Below, piece after piece: positions 14,389 to 28,597 of a stretch of 56,163 nucleotides of DNA; the first letter of the stretch is position 1; the number at the start of each line of letters is the position of its first letter. The notes beneath the pieces were generated by a model, which did not search any database, was not told where the DNA came from, and was given only the letters and a program-made list of their open reading frames with translations. This stretch comes from Chromera velia (taxonomy: Eukaryota): NCBI GenBank assembly GCA_018398765.1, contig JAHBMJ010000131.1:1-56163 (forward strand). The letters are read 5' to 3'. Both the position numbers and the translations under genes were made by a program.

Positions 14389-15424
14389 ATGATAAACAAA
14401 GACGCCGAGAAAGAGACAGAGGAGGCCCTTGAGAACAAAAGAGACGGAACTGAGAAGGAGCAGATGAAGAACCTGCCTGAGGAATCAGAGAGAGGGGCCG
14501 AGAAAAAAAAGAAAGAAAAGGAGACAGGAGACGGGGCGAAAAGTCAAACTTCCAAGGCTACTGCCTCCAAGCCCCCAGCCGGGCCGTCTCTGGGTTCCTC
14601 TGCGTCCTCTTCAGGCACCTCCAACAAGAACAAACAGACACTTTCTAACTCCCAAAATTCTGCCTCAACCTCTTCTTCCCCCGCCTCCGCCGCCCTGGCT
14701 GCGTTCCGCCAAAACCTGCATTTGAGCGAGCGACAGCAGATGAAGCTGGCGCTGCAGTCTTCCAAACTCGCTCACCACGGTGTCCAAATGCAGCAGGGTG
14801 CTGTCAGTCTGACGACTGGTGGTACTGAGGCAGGGGGGATCAAGAGGCAGCAGCCAAAAGGACGCTCGGCAGGTTCCAATCGGGGTGGACAGGGCGGAGG
14901 GGGGGGCGGGCCGCCTGGTAAGCGTGCGGGTGTTCCGTCAGGACAAGGCAGGGGGGGAGGGGAGGACAAGAAAATTGAGAAAGGTAGCCAGCGAGAAAAA
15001 AAGAAAGGGCCCCCCGGTGCCCGTGCAGACGCCCCCGTCGTCCCTTCTGCTTCCTCAGGGGCCGGTCCGAAAGGCACCAAAGAAAAGGGGAAGGAGAAGG
15101 AAGCTGCTCGCGGAAAGGGTGGAAAAAGCAAGGGTGAAGATGCAAACTCGAGAGGAGCGTGCGGGTCTAGAGATGCATCCAGAGGTCCAAAGGGGGGTCC
15201 AGGAAAAGAAGACGAAACGGAAGAACCAAAGGAGAAGGAATGGACTATCCATGTCAGTCGAAAAGCGTACCCAAAGATTTCTATCGTCCATTTTGACAGC
15301 AAGAAAAGAACGATCTCTGAGGGGGCTTCTCTGCTTCGAGATAGCGCACATTGGTTGTTTGACTGAAAGAAGGATCGAAATAACGATAGAAGAGATGCCA
15401 TCATCATCATTTCCCGTCGGATCT

Positions 15425-15469
<45 letters not shown>

Positions 15470-18400
15470 CATGTGTCCATTTGTCTGCTTCCTTCTCCGC
15501 CCCTATTCCCCCCACCCCTTCCACTCTTCTGTTTGCAACGATTCCAGAGCACAATGCATCAGCATATCAACATGGATTTGTTTGCCTTTCACCCCTCTCA
15601 TTCCTTCCTCCCTCCTCCCTCCCTCCCTACAGGAGTTAGATCTGGTTCTCGACCTCAAGACCCGAGGGAAGGCGAACGTCCACATCTCTCGTCTCGCGTG
15701 GAACCGTTTTCGTGTGGCAGAGAGGAGTGAGGAGGAGGTCGAGGAGCGGTGGGAAATTCTGAGCGGCGCTCCTTGGGACTCTGAGGGAAAGCCACAGCCA
15801 CAGTCCAAAGCCAAAGGGAGAGGGAAAAAGGGTCAGTCAGAAAGGGGAAAATGATAGACAGTCGTTGATTTGCATCCACTCAACCGGTATGATTTCGCTT
15901 CGGTGAAAGAGAGCTCCAGAACTTTTGTTTCTGTGACTGCTGCGCGTGCCTCTTTCTGCTCTTCGAAACAACTTCCCCCTTTTCCTTCTCCTTCCACTGT
16001 ACTGCAGTTCCGGAGTCCGTCCAAAGGTTCTTCGAGGTCGCCCGAGGCTTCATTCTCGAGCGCGCTCCAGAGATCCGCTGCCTGGGTCTGCAAGAAACGG
16101 AATCGCAGCCTTCGAAAGGTGAAGAGGGGAGTCAAGCAGATGACTCCCCGATCTCGATCTCCTCCGCTTCCCCCTCTGCCTCTGCGTCTGCCTCTGCTGG
16201 TGTGACCTCGTCTTCTACTTCCGTTTCTGCTTCTTCTCACAAGGCGATGAACGAGAAATTGAAGGAACTCGGAAGGCCCTCCGTGGAGCAGGTGGCAACC
16301 GCCCTTTCGGTCAGTCAGTCAGTTAGTGATCACGCAGGCTGACAGACAAACAGGCAAGCAAACAGTTAGGTGGGTAGCGGGACGATCAGCGAGGCGGGAG
16401 GACAGCCAGCCCTTGAAGAACTGGCGAGGCGGTCGTTCCCTCTGAGAGTTCCTTCACCGACAGCTGTGCCTGCTTGCTACAGTCCCTTGCTTTGTCTCTC
16501 GTCCCCAAACCCCGTTTTTGTGTGCAAGAGAGGGAGCAAAAAAACAGCAAAAGAAACGACCCTGTCTCTCTCGCTGTATATCATGATGAAGTGAGTTAAG
16601 TGCTTGTGTCGTAGTTTGGGCGAAGTTTGTCCATGTGTGCCTTTGCCTGGGTGTGCGCAGAACCTGGACAAGATGAAGCTTGAAGATCCAGCCACGTGAG
16701 CCACCCATCGACCAATCCCCCTCCTCTCCCTGCTTGTCTCCCTGTCTCACCCTTTTGCTCTCTGTGTCTGTTTTCCAAACCGCCCCGCTCTTTTTCTCTT
16801 TCCTTTTCCCTTCTTTCCGCCATAGATACTTTCTGACTATATCGGGTCTTCGTAGTTTGTCTTTTTCACTTTTGCAGGATGTCAGCCATCTTTTCCCAGT
16901 GCAATCGTACTTGCACTTAGGCCTTCTTCTTGAATTCTGATTGTGTTCTCCAGAGACTACAGTGACTGGGAACCTGGGGGTGTGAGTGATTCCCTGACTG
17001 TTTTATTAATAAATGTGGTCGATTATCTTTTGCATACTGCAGAGGAACGGTCGAGGGTTTGCGCGGTGTCAAAATTATGTTGGAGGAGGCGCCCGGAGAA
17101 CCTCCCCGACCTCGGCTCTCAAGAACGTTCGTCGGATGTGTTCCTTCGCTGTTTTTTTTTTTTTTGCTTTTTTTTTGTCCTTGCTGTTTTGTCTGGAGTG
17201 AGCGTGCTTTATATGCTCATGTTTTTCTGAGGTAGTGAAAGTTTGAGTGTGAGAGCTCGAATGCTCGAATGCCTTTGAAAGATTGAATGGGGGTTCGCGT
17301 CGTTCTTCGGCCTTGAAACAAAAGTTGCATCTCAACGCAACGCCTCTTTGCATTGTTGGACTTGACAAGCTTTTTGCCTCCATCCCTTCCACCATCCCCC
17401 CCCTCCCGGGATGCAGTTACGACCAGCAACTGGAGCGTGCGCGTGCGGGAATGCTTCCAGCCGTCGACCCTGAGCCTCCGCGGAGGCACCCCCATCCCCC
17501 GACACCCAAGAAGGGACGGGCACCTCCGAAGAAAAAACGGTTCCGGTGCAGAGGACGATTCAAACGTCCCAGGTGTCGCCTAGAAGAGGGGACCAGAGGG
17601 ACTAAGGCAGAGATATGGGACGTCTCCAGCGTCTCTTCTGACGATTCTTTCGACCTTCCTGAATTAGCCGAAGGAGACACCAAACTGTTCCTAGACGTTC
17701 CTCGAAATGCCGTTCCCGATCGGCTTATCTTCCGAGTTGCTTTTTCATTTGGGGCCAAACCCGACCACCCCCCCCCCCTATTTACCCGTTGGGTCCCTCT
17801 GATGTGGGTCCGCCCTTGGATGACACTCCGCCCGGATCCTGAGGAGTTCAATTGGAGGTTCATAGAAAACTACAGGGAGAAGTTTGATGCCAACCAACCG
17901 TGTTGGTTTGCCCCCCCCTCTCTCCCGACTGTCCCACCCACCCGTCCTCTCCTCAAAGACTCCCTCCTGGGCGAGGTCAACCAACTCCAGGTAAGGGGCA
18001 GGTTCCCTCTGCGCCCTCCGAAGACAACAACAGACTGCCCTCTCGTGGACGTCCGACATCCGAAAGGTGCTCCCGACCCGAATGGGTTTTGGCACTGGGA
18101 TGCAGATAGTGACGCTTCCCAGTTTCTTGCAGGGAGGGCAGCATTCTCTGATCGCTCTCAGCTCTTTCGTGAGAGCAACACAGGGAAAGCGATGTATTCG
18201 TTGGCGTCCTGGAAGGTACAAAGGGAGATTGAGGAATCGCAGGGGGTAGAGAGAGACGCCGATCGGGATGCCGCCATGCTCGCCACCAGCCGCCTGCCCG
18301 AGCAAAGATCGATTCCCCCCCCCAGGCGCTTCCGCCGTCCACCGAAGGGGCCGTTTGAGCCTTCCTGTGATCCGGCAGGATGTCCTGAAGGACAGGGAGA

Positions 18401-20278
18401 GACGGACAAATATTCTGTCATTGAGATATCTGAAGAAGAAGGAGAAGACGAAGAAGAAACAAAAAAGGGTGGGGAGAATGAAGAAGACGAAGAAAAGAAG
18501 AAGAAGAAAAAGAAAAAGGAAAAACACCGAAAGGACGAGACGGACGAAGGGAAGCGACAACGCAGCCCCGTCACTGCGGGTATTCTTCCGGAGAAGAAGA
18601 AAAGGAGGACGGAAAATGAAGGGGAAAGCGAAGAAAGCGAGACGGAGAAAGAGCAAAGGGGGAAGGAGGGGCGTCATTCTTTGAGAGACTCTTATCGACA
18701 GGAGACTGACCAGGAGAGCGACTGGGAAGCTCGACAGAAAAAGAAGACACACAGTGAAAAGAAAGCCTCAAAGTATAGAAAGAGTGACAGAGGTCTTGAG
18801 GGAAGAGATGACAGACACACAGACTTCCACAAAGTCAGAAAAGAGCGCGAGTCTCACCACCATGAGAAGGACAAGAGGAAAGAGAAGAAGAAAAAACATA
18901 AGAAGGGTGAAGAGAGAGAAAGAAGTTCGAGTCCCCTTTCTCGAGAGAAAGTACGCAAAGAGGATGAGCAGAGGGGTCGAGAAACGACGTTGTTTCCTCC
19001 CTCTCCCCCCCCTCAGCCCCCAATTCCAATCTCTGAACTGCCCTATGTACCCTATGTAATGCCCTCTGCACGGCAACCCGTTCTTCCATCAAGCGCACTG
19101 ACTCTGCCCTCTGCAGCAGCAGCAGCAGCAGCAGCAGTGCCACCCAAAGCGGTGGACATAGGGGAAAGCTCCCCCGAAAATTCGCTTCCGTCTCTTCCTC
19201 TTTTCGAGAAAGCCTCCGACGCTTCTCCTCCTCCACCTCCTCTCCTCCCAGCGGATGACCTGCCGAGAGCAGTGGAAGGAGTTTCATCTTCTTCCTCTTC
19301 CTCGTCCGCAGCACCAGCAGCAGCAGCCGATCCAGCAGCACGAGCGGCAAAAGTCCCCCTCACTGCTGCCGATGAGTCAGACAAGGATGTCGAAGAAGAA
19401 AAAGAAGAAGGAGAAAGCGAAGAAGAAGACGTGGAGGAGGACCCACAAGGGTGGGATCCCGATCCGGATGAGAATCTTCCGGAAGAGCTGCGAGAGAGGA
19501 GACGGACAGCACTTGCGAGGGCAGCCGAGTCGGGGGACTGGGAGGACATTGATTGGTCTCTGGAGAACGAATTTCATGCGCGTTCAGTGAAGGACTCGAA
19601 GGCAGGAGTCAAGTGTCTCTTTTTAGAATTTGAGGCCGCAACAGAACTAGCAGGACGGCAGATGCTGAAGAAACTGCACGAAAGCAAAGTCCACTTAAAG
19701 ACGTGGAGATTGTCCGAGGAGAAAGACGTGATGGCTGCAATTCGCGCAGCGATGCAAAAAGAAGAAGGAGACGAAGCGTCAGCCCCCTCCCCTTTTTCTT
19801 CTCCTCAGAAAGAGCCTGTAGCACCCTCCTCCCGTCACCAATCGACGGACTGTAAGTGGCAGCCTGCCGAGGCGTCGGTGATTCCCCCCTCTTACATCGC
19901 TCAGACGGAGGTAGACGAGAACGGAGGAGAAGAGGCTGAGTTCATTGACTTCACAAAAGATGAACAGTACGTGAAGTGCCTGGCAGATGAGGAGAACGAA
20001 GATCTGTTCGCTGTTGCAGACACAGACGGCGGAGAGATCAAGTTGCACTTGAACATCTCTGCCGAGGAACTCGAAGCTGCTCTTGTCAGTGTCTCTTTTT
20101 CTTTGTCTTTGTTCAGGTCTTTGCTGTGCTGTGAAGATCAAAGAGGAAAGAAAAGGGTGCCAAAAGAATGCGGACAGGCACATGCATGCAGCCTCGGCTA
20201 CTACACTCCTTCTTGACCGTCCCCTCCCCTCTCCTGTTTCGGTTGCGTGCACTAGAGACTGTGTGCCAGTGTCTGTAC

Positions 20279-20321
<43 letters not shown>

Positions 20322-22150
20322 CGTGTTTAGGGGTGTGTATGCGTACGTGCGTACGTGCGTGTGCGTGTGTGTGTGTGTGTGTGGGTGTGTGCGCGCAAGA
20401 CCCCGAGCGCGCGCGACTTCATTCCCGCTTTTTCTGGTTTTTTTCAATGGGGACTGTGCGTTCTGTTACTGACCTCAGTGTGCAAACACACACTTCCTTC
20501 ATTCTCTTTTTCTCTCTGCTTTGTGCAGGTCAGGAACGGACTGGATCTCGGTGGTGTCATTCTGAATGTGAGTGAGTGGGGAAGTGCGTGGGTTGGTTGG
20601 GTGCATCGGAACAAGTTTGTTTGTTTGTTTGTTGGTATGTTTCTGTTTTTTTTTGTGGAAGCGGGAGTGTGTGACTGAGTTGTGGCGCTACAAGAGTTTG
20701 GCAAACAGACGAAGGGAGAAGAGTTTCCTCCCGGTCAGGCTGTCTCTTTTGCTTCGGCGAACGTCGTCGTGTCGTTCCGTTGCGCAATGCCCCGAAATTG
20801 TTTCTTGACGGCTTCACAGTCTTGATGAGCAGTAGATGCTGGTCACCGGTTGTTTTGGGGGGAAGTCGAATTGGACGCCTTTGCGTATGAGTGCCCATGT
20901 GCGGTCTAATGTGTAGTGAGTGATGGATGGGGGATGGCGTGAGTAAGTGAGTGAGAGGGTGACAGAGGGTGAAGGGGTGTAAGTAAGGGAGCGAGGCAGG
21001 GAGATATTGGGTATGTGGGTGAGAAAGTGGGTGGTTGAGTGGCTCAATGTAGGACCAAGTCAAGAAGTGAGCGAGTGGACCTTTAAGTATCTGATTGAAT
21101 TGCTGTTTTTGTTCTTTTTCCTTTTGCAGAACCGCCTGACCGAGGTTCTCATTGAGGACCACACGGGAGGAGAGGATGCAGAAGAAACGAACAGAAGACA
21201 GGGTGAGAGTGGAAGTGCAGAGAGTGGCCGGATTCTACCTTCAACAGCGGCTGTCCAGCAGACAGGGAACGGAGAGAAAAAGAGTCGCCTGACTGAGGCA
21301 GTGCCCTTCCGAGAAGCCGTTCGTCGTTTCCGGAAGGCCATGAAAAGTCACGCCAACCGCTTTTCTCTCTCCACTTTCCTTTCCTCTGCCTCTTCCTCTT
21401 CCTCTGTGGGGTTGCTGGACTCCTACGACAAAGAAGAGCCGATCGACGAGACACAGAGACTCCCCATCCTGAAGGTGGCCATCTCGAAGATCGCAGGGTC
21501 GGTCGTTCACACAATGGGATGGTCGGTGGGTAATTCAGTCAGTGTTAGTGAGTCGGGTGGTCGAGCCTCCGCCCATCGGCGCCACAGCTAAGACTTGTCC
21601 CGACGCTTCCACTCGAGTCTTCAATTTGGTCATGGCTCCAGATCGGGAGCCTTCGAGAAACAAAAGATGAACGAATGAATCAATGAAATCGGGTGAAGCA
21701 GAGCATCAGACAGACATTTGAATGGGGTGTTGACACACGCACACGCTGTTCTTTGCGCGGACGGTGCCTGAAGCAACTTTTGGTGGGTTGGTTTGTGTGC
21801 AGGATTGGCGTGTACACCTCTGAGAAGATCAAGCAGGGCGCCATCGTGTGTGAGTACGCAGGGCAGGTGATCGAGAGGGAGAGAGAGGATTCGAGGTGCG
21901 TTAGTTCATGAGTGAGGCATGCGGTCAGGCTGTGTTTCTCTTCTCTTCTCATATTTGCTCACGGAGATCTTGTTTGCTGCAAACCTGTCGTAGTGTTGAA
22001 GGCAAAAATCGTGCGACTCCACCACCATGCTCTTCTTGGCTTCTCAAACGCGTGTCAGAACAATCGAATGAGAATAATTGCCCTTTCGTTCCATGTGTCC
22101 GTCTTGTCATGATGACTCTGTGTGCGTGTGCGTGTGTGTCGGTGTGTGTA

Positions 22151-22192
<42 letters not shown>

Positions 22193-22385
22193 CGTGTGTG
22201 TATGTGTGTGTATGTATGTATGTCTGTATATGTATGTGCATGTATGTGTATGTGTGTGTGTATGTGTGTGTGTATGTGTGTGTGTGTATGCATGTGTATG
22301 TCTGTATGTGTGTGTGTGTATGTGTGTGTGTGTGTGTGCGTGTGTGTGCGTGTGTGTAAGTGTAAGTGTGTGTGTGTGTGTGTGT

Positions 22386-22420
<35 letters not shown>

Positions 22421-23915
22421 GATATTGCAACTTTGCAGAGAAGCGATGTACACTGCACATGGTCTCCCCTACTCGACGTATTTCTTCGAGCTCAGCCGTC
22501 AGTCTCTCCTCTTTCATATCCTTTCTGGCTTCAAGTGATCTGCTTCTCTTCCATGTCGGGACCGCTCGATTTCTTTTCTGGCCGCATCCGGCAGATCAGG
22601 GCAGAGGGGGGGGGGTGGAGAAGGAGAATTGTTCTTCTGTTGGCATGTCGATGTCATTTTCCTTTCTCTTCTTTTCCGCCGTCAATGATGAAAAGTGTCT
22701 AAGGTCGTCTTGGTTTTCTGTTCATCTATCCTGCATGCATCTTTGTTTTTACAACTTCTCTTTTACTAGACTACCTCATTTTCTTTCTGTATTTTTCTTT
22801 CTTCTCGTGTGCGTTCGTTCCTCTGCATGCAGCGGATTTGATCATCGACGCCACCCTGAGAGCTTCCGTCGCCAGGTAGGTCTCTCTCACACACGCAATG
22901 TTCCTTTGAAGGAAGAGTCCGTACCTACATGCAGGCTGGAATTCCTATGCGAGCACGGAAGAAGTTTCTCCGTCGGTTCGTAAGGACCTGCAGGCAGAAA
23001 GGGAGTGCAGGCATGTTGTCCTTTTCTTTGTGGGCTTTTTCTTTCGTTGACGACATTCTTTTCTTTCTTCTTTTGGTGGGTGGCAGCTCTTTTTCGCTCA
23101 TGGGCACTTCTTACTTCTAAACCTCTGCCTGCCTGCCTGCCTGCCTGCCATCCACAGGTATGCATACCTCTCTCTTTTTGGGTCTGTCTGTCTGAATGCG
23201 GATGGATGGATGGATGGATGCAGGTTCATCAACTGCAGCTGCGAGCCCAACTGCAAGACGACCAAAGTCCAAGTCAGTCTGTCAATCAAAGTCTGCATNG
23301 GGGGGGGGGGGACATGCCATGTGTGCATTGGGGCCTCCATGTGTTTCCAAACTCTTTGCCGTTCCTATCGGTTGCTTTTCTACTCAATCCTTGTTCACAT
23401 TTCGTGCTTCGGCGTTGTGGTCTGAAGGCGCGAGGTGCCTCTGGATTCGGAGACAAGGGGAGACGTGGCTATAGACAGAAAGGGAGTTGGAAGAGAAATC
23501 ACGATTGTTTTCCGCTTTTTCTATTCCCTCTGTTATGTTCATCATGCTCATGGCGCGGTCGAATTTGCCTTTTGCCTTTCACCCACATCGGATCTTCATT
23601 CGCATTTTCGACAGATATCCAAAACATACTGGGTGATGTTTTAACATACACCTTGATCACACATTCGTCGGGCTTCGTGCGGTCATTTTCTGCGTGGGGG
23701 GGTGAAAAAAGTTTTTCGTTTTCTTTCTGTGAACCGCTTTTTTGGGCAAGCGCCGGCGGTTTTGATATGCGATCATGTGCATAAGTGCACATGGGCGTAG
23801 ACATCTGAGGTTCTTTCTTTCTTTGTGTTCTTGGTGGATCGTGCATCTAATCAGAAGTGGATGCCACACGGGACCTGTCCTTTGAAGTCTCCTTCCAGTT
23901 GCTCTCTCTCTCTCT

Positions 23916-23955
<40 letters not shown>

Positions 23956-24963
23956 CGTGTGTGTGTGTGTGTGTGCGAGCGAACTTCTTTTGCTCCTTTC
24001 ACCGAAGCCCATAGGAAAGGGAAAGGCAAGACAGTTTTTGGTTGTGAGTCCGTACGCACAAGCAAAGCGGATCACGGAGTATGTATACGTATATGTGTGC
24101 GCACGTATCGGATTCATGAATGTTTCTTCTCCATTTGAACGAACGAACGAACGAATGCAGTGGAAGTCCGGGCGGCTCCAGAAGGTTGTGTTGACCGCGA
24201 TGCGAGACATCGAGGCAGGGGAGGAGCTTTCTTACGACTACAAGTGAGCGAGTGGGGTGGTGACGAGGGGAGTGAGCCAGGAGGGAAGGCAAGACAATTA
24301 AGTGAGGCTACTGAAGAACTGACTGGTGGTGCGCGCACCCCGTATCTGCTGTATGTTCTCCTCGTGTGTGGATGTCTGTTTTCGGAGCGACGGTGAGGGA
24401 AAACCAAGGCTTTGATTCGCCTTTTGGAGGCATTGAACCTTCATCTCTCCCTTTCTCTCCCTCTTCCCCCNNNNNNNNNNNNNNNNNNNNNNNNNNNNNN
24501 NNNNNNNGGAGGCATNNNNNGAAAGAAAGAAAGAAAGAAAGAAAGAAAGGAAGGAAGGAAAGAACGAAAGAAAGAAAGAAAGAAAGAAAGAACGAACGAA
24601 CGAACGAAAGAAAGAAAGAAAGAAAGAAAGAAAGAGACAGAGAGAGAGAGAGAGAGAAAGAAAGAAAGAAAGAAAGAAAGTTAGTAGGAAGGAAGGAAGA
24701 AAGAAAGTAAGTCAGTTAGTAAGAAGGAAGAAAGAAAGAAAGAAAGGGAGGGAGGGAGGGAGGGAGGGAGGAAGGAAGGAAGGAAGAACGAAAGAAAGAA
24801 AGGAAGGAAAGAACGAAAGAAAGCAAGAAAGTAAGTCAGTTAGTAAGAAGAAAGAAAGAAAGAAAGAAAGAAAGAAGGGAAGAAAGAATGAATGAATGAA
24901 TGAAAGAATGAATGAATGAATGAATGAATGAAAGAAGGAAAGAAGGAAAGAAGGAAGGAAGGA

Positions 24964-24995
<32 letters not shown>

Positions 24996-25078
24996 GTGTG
25001 AGTGGGTGGGTGAGTGAGTTAGTGTGTGTGCTCGCGTGTGAAACAAAGATAGAGAGAAAGGGGGAGAAAGAGGGAGAT

Positions 25079-25127
<49 letters not shown>

Positions 25128-25764
25128 AAGAAAGGAAGGAAGGAAGAAAGAAAGAAAGAGACATCAAAGAAAGGGGGGAAAAAAGAAGGACGAAAAAAAG
25201 AAAGATGAAACCGAGAAAAACGAAGGAATTAGGGAAGGAAGGCAAGGAAGCAAAAAGGGGAATAAGCAAAGAAGCGAGAAAGAACGAAACAGAAAGGGGA
25301 GAAGGTAAAAAAACGAAGAAGATGATCGACAGACAACAGGGGAGCAAAAAAGAAAGAAAGAACACAGCAAACATACCCACCCACTTACTCACTGACTCAA
25401 TCAGGAGGAGAGGCAGACAAGTGCTCCTTTTTTCCAATCACGCGAACCGTCTCTGTCTTTAGTCTGTTGGGACATTCCTCCCTCTCCCCCGTTCCCCCCC
25501 CTTCTCCCTTTCTGCGGGTGTGCACTCCCAGCCCTTTCCCTCCATTTCTTTAGTGAGGAATCGAAGTTTCCTTGTCTCAGAGACGGATGTCAGATTTGCG
25601 TGCGTAATTTTTTTCTTTCGCAACCAGATTGTGCATGCGAATACCTACAGCTGAATTAACAAGGATTGACCGGGATATTGGTTGCCTCCGTCTGCTTGCT
25701 CCGGAAAATCCTTCTTGCCTGCAGGTGCTTCTGCGGAGCGCCACGCTGCAGGAAGTATATGTGA
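14389..25764 (+). CDS. Large SET-domain histone lysine methyltransferase-like protein with a C-terminal SET + post-SET (SET1/MLL-like layout)
   Basis: Spliced SET exons: 21803-21895 [24 protein letters not shown], 22439-22497 STYFFEL, 22833-22875 [12 protein letters not shown], 23224-23272 [10 protein letters not shown], 24161-24243 [15 protein letters not shown]. Post-SET exon 25725-25764 reads [12 protein letters not shown]. Upstream exons 14389-15252, 15633-15831, 16008-16309, about 17417-20084, 20529-20567 and 21129-21498 are phase-compatible. Small exons at 16661-17130 are uncertain. Confidence 0.85.
22120..22418 (+). repeat. Intronic (TG)n compound microsatellite
   Basis: Directly visible. 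Confidence 0.95.
24521..25160 (+). repeat. Intronic purine-rich (GAAA/GGAA/GAAT/GA)n compound microsatellite
   Basis: Directly visible. Confidence 0.95.
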
Positions 25765-26688
25765 ACTTTCGACGGGGTCGCTTTGAAAAGAAGGGACCAA
25801 TTTTTGAAAAATGGGGGAGACTCAGTGCATGGGCGCAGGGCCGAAGGGGGCGCGAGATGGGCGGGAGGTGCATGGCGGTCCAGGGGGTAATTTAAATCGA
25901 TGCGTAGACTCGATCTGAACTTTTGCGTGTTTGTGTGGCATCATATTAGATACTTGTATTTTTGCGAAGCATCACTCTTCATATCGAAATGTCAGATCGA
26001 CTTCATCTGGAGTGCGTCGCAGAGACCCAGTTGTTTTTCCCGATTTCATGCACGTAAGATGCTCGACAAAGACGGATTCAGTCACGAGTAGCTTGAGAGT
26101 CAGATTGGGCAAAGAGATCCTCGCAAACTTGTTCGTCAAGGACTCATTTTTGATTGATTGAGTGCAGTATTCATCATATGCTCACTTGAATAATTGATTT
26201 TCTTTGTACATTGAGAACAGCGTCGGAAATGCACAAGCAATTGATCGCAGAAACTTTTTTTTGTCAATAATTGTGAAATCACCGCATGCAGGAACAGAGA
26301 GAGAATTACCGTGGTGCTTTGAGTTCTTATTTAAGTAGGCCCAAAGTACGGGCCAAGTATAAAGCAAAGTCAGAAAAAGTATGAAAAGGCTCCACAATGT
26401 GGGCCGTTATATTTCGTAATTTCATGACTCAGACTGTAAAATAATAATATGCATAAGCAGTAAAAGATTCGGTCATCCCAAGAAATCAAGTGATACGTGG
26501 TGTCTAGGGTGGTGTGCTGATTTCTTTTTTCACAGCATTAATTGCAAAGTTGATTCTGTTCTTGCTTTATCTTACTTTATTTTGTTATTACGTAAAGTAA
26601 AGACATGTGCATATATAATTTGAATGTGAGGTATGCTCAAGCTTTGCTGTTTTTGGATCTACATAAGATGTATCACATACAAAGCTTT

Positions 26689-28454
26689 ACCTCCGGGATA
26701 CCTTGACCCTTTTGAATCTTTGGGCCTGACTTTTGCTTTGCGCCGAAGGTGCAGGGCCGACTTTTGCCTAAGGCGCCGAAGGCGCCTTCCCGACTTTTGC
26801 CCAGGGTGCCGAAGGGGCCGCGCCAACATTTGCCCAGCCTCTGAGGATGCCGCGAAGGGGCCGTTCCGCGGCCGACATTTGCCCATGCATGCATGCACTT
26901 TGATCGAGGACTTTTGTCTGCATGAACACCAGACCCTACCCCAGCCCCTTCCTTATGTACCTCCCTCCAATTCTCATGTTAGAATCATGTTTTTTCCCCT
27001 CACGTGGAAACGTCCACCGCTCTTCTGGACTCTTTCGATCCCCCCCACAATGAAAACTGGGGAACAGGATGCAACAATCCGAGAGTCGTTACGCCCTGGA
27101 GGGCTCCTTCTTTTAGCGCGAAGGTCAGTCATTCCGTGTCCGCGATGTGTGCAAGAGGAGAGGTGCTCGCACGGTGCATCGGCACACCGGCTGTACCGCT
27201 GCGAAGCATATGGAGACTTGCCGGAATAGAGCTGCCTACAATAGAAAGGACTGATTATGACTGATTTGCACTGCGTTCCGTCAGTCAGGGTCAGTCAGTC
27301 ACAGTCAGTCAGTCAGTCAGTCAGTCAGTCAGCCAGCCAGTCAGTCAGTCAGTCAGTCAGTCAGTCGGTCAGCCGGTCAGCCGGTCAGCCGGTCAGCCGG
27401 TCAGTCAGTCGGTCAGTCGGTCAGCCGGTCAGTCAGTCAGTCAGGCAGTCAGTCAGTCAGCCAGTCAGTCAGTCAGTCAGTCAGTCAGTCGGTCAGCCGG
27501 TCAGCCGGTCAGCCGGTCAGCCGGTCAGTCAGTCGGTCAGTCGGTCAGCCGGTCAGTCAGTCAGTCAGTCAGTCAGTCAGTCAACCAGTCAGTCAGTCAG
27601 TCAGTCAGTCAGTTAGTCAGTCAAAAAGTCAGTCTGCCAGTCAGTCAGTCTGTCAGCCAGTCAGAAAGTCAGTCAGCTAGCTAGAAAGTCAGTCAGTCAG
27701 CCTGTCAGCCAGTCAGTCAGTCAGTCAGTCACGGTACGTCTAAGTCACAGTCAGTCAGTAATAGTCAGTCAAAGCCAGTCAGTCAGTCAGTGAGTCAGTC
27801 ACTCACTCACTCACTCACTCACTCAGTCAGTCAGTTAGTCAGTCAGTGAGTCAGTGAGTCAGTGAGTCAGTGAGTGAGTCAGTGCATGAGTGAGTGAGTG
27901 TGTGAGTGAGTGAGTCAGCTAGTCAGTCAGTCAGTATCAGTCAGTCAGTAGGTCAGTCAGTCAGTCAGTCAGTCAGTCAGTCAGTCAGTTAGTCAGTCAG
28001 TCAGTCAGTCAGTCAGTCAGTCAGTCAGTCGGTCAGTCAATCAGACTACATGAATTAGTTTCTTTCGTCTATGTTCATTGTCTGTTCTATGTTGGAAATG
28101 CAGAGGCGTGAAGCGGCAAAGAGTTCTGAAAATGTGATGATGCGTGAATGGATCTCCTTCCGACTCTGTCTACCTCGTCTCTTTTTTCTTTTCCTGGTTG
28201 TTGGTGACAAGTATGATCATGCGGCAGCAAGCGTCCGCAAGCGTCTGTCCCCCGGTCCTGCTGGCCCGTGAGTGAAAGCCTGGTACCTCTTCCCTGCTTG
28301 TTAGCCTGCTAATGAACTCCTGGTGCCTTCAATTTGGCCGCCTTGCCCTTTCCTCTGCTTTCAAGTTACTCTCTTTTCTTCCTTTTTTCATTCCTTATCT
28401 TCTCTCTCCCTGTCTCTCTCTCCCTCTCTCTCTCCCTCTCCCTCTCCCGCTCTC

Positions 28455-28532
<78 letters not shown>

Positions 28533-28538
28533 NNNNNN

Positions 28539-28597
<59 letters not shown>

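Noticed and set aside
17332..20447. Many overlapping antisense and alternate-frame ORFs
   Set aside because: Shadows of the large GC-rich exon of the SET gene.
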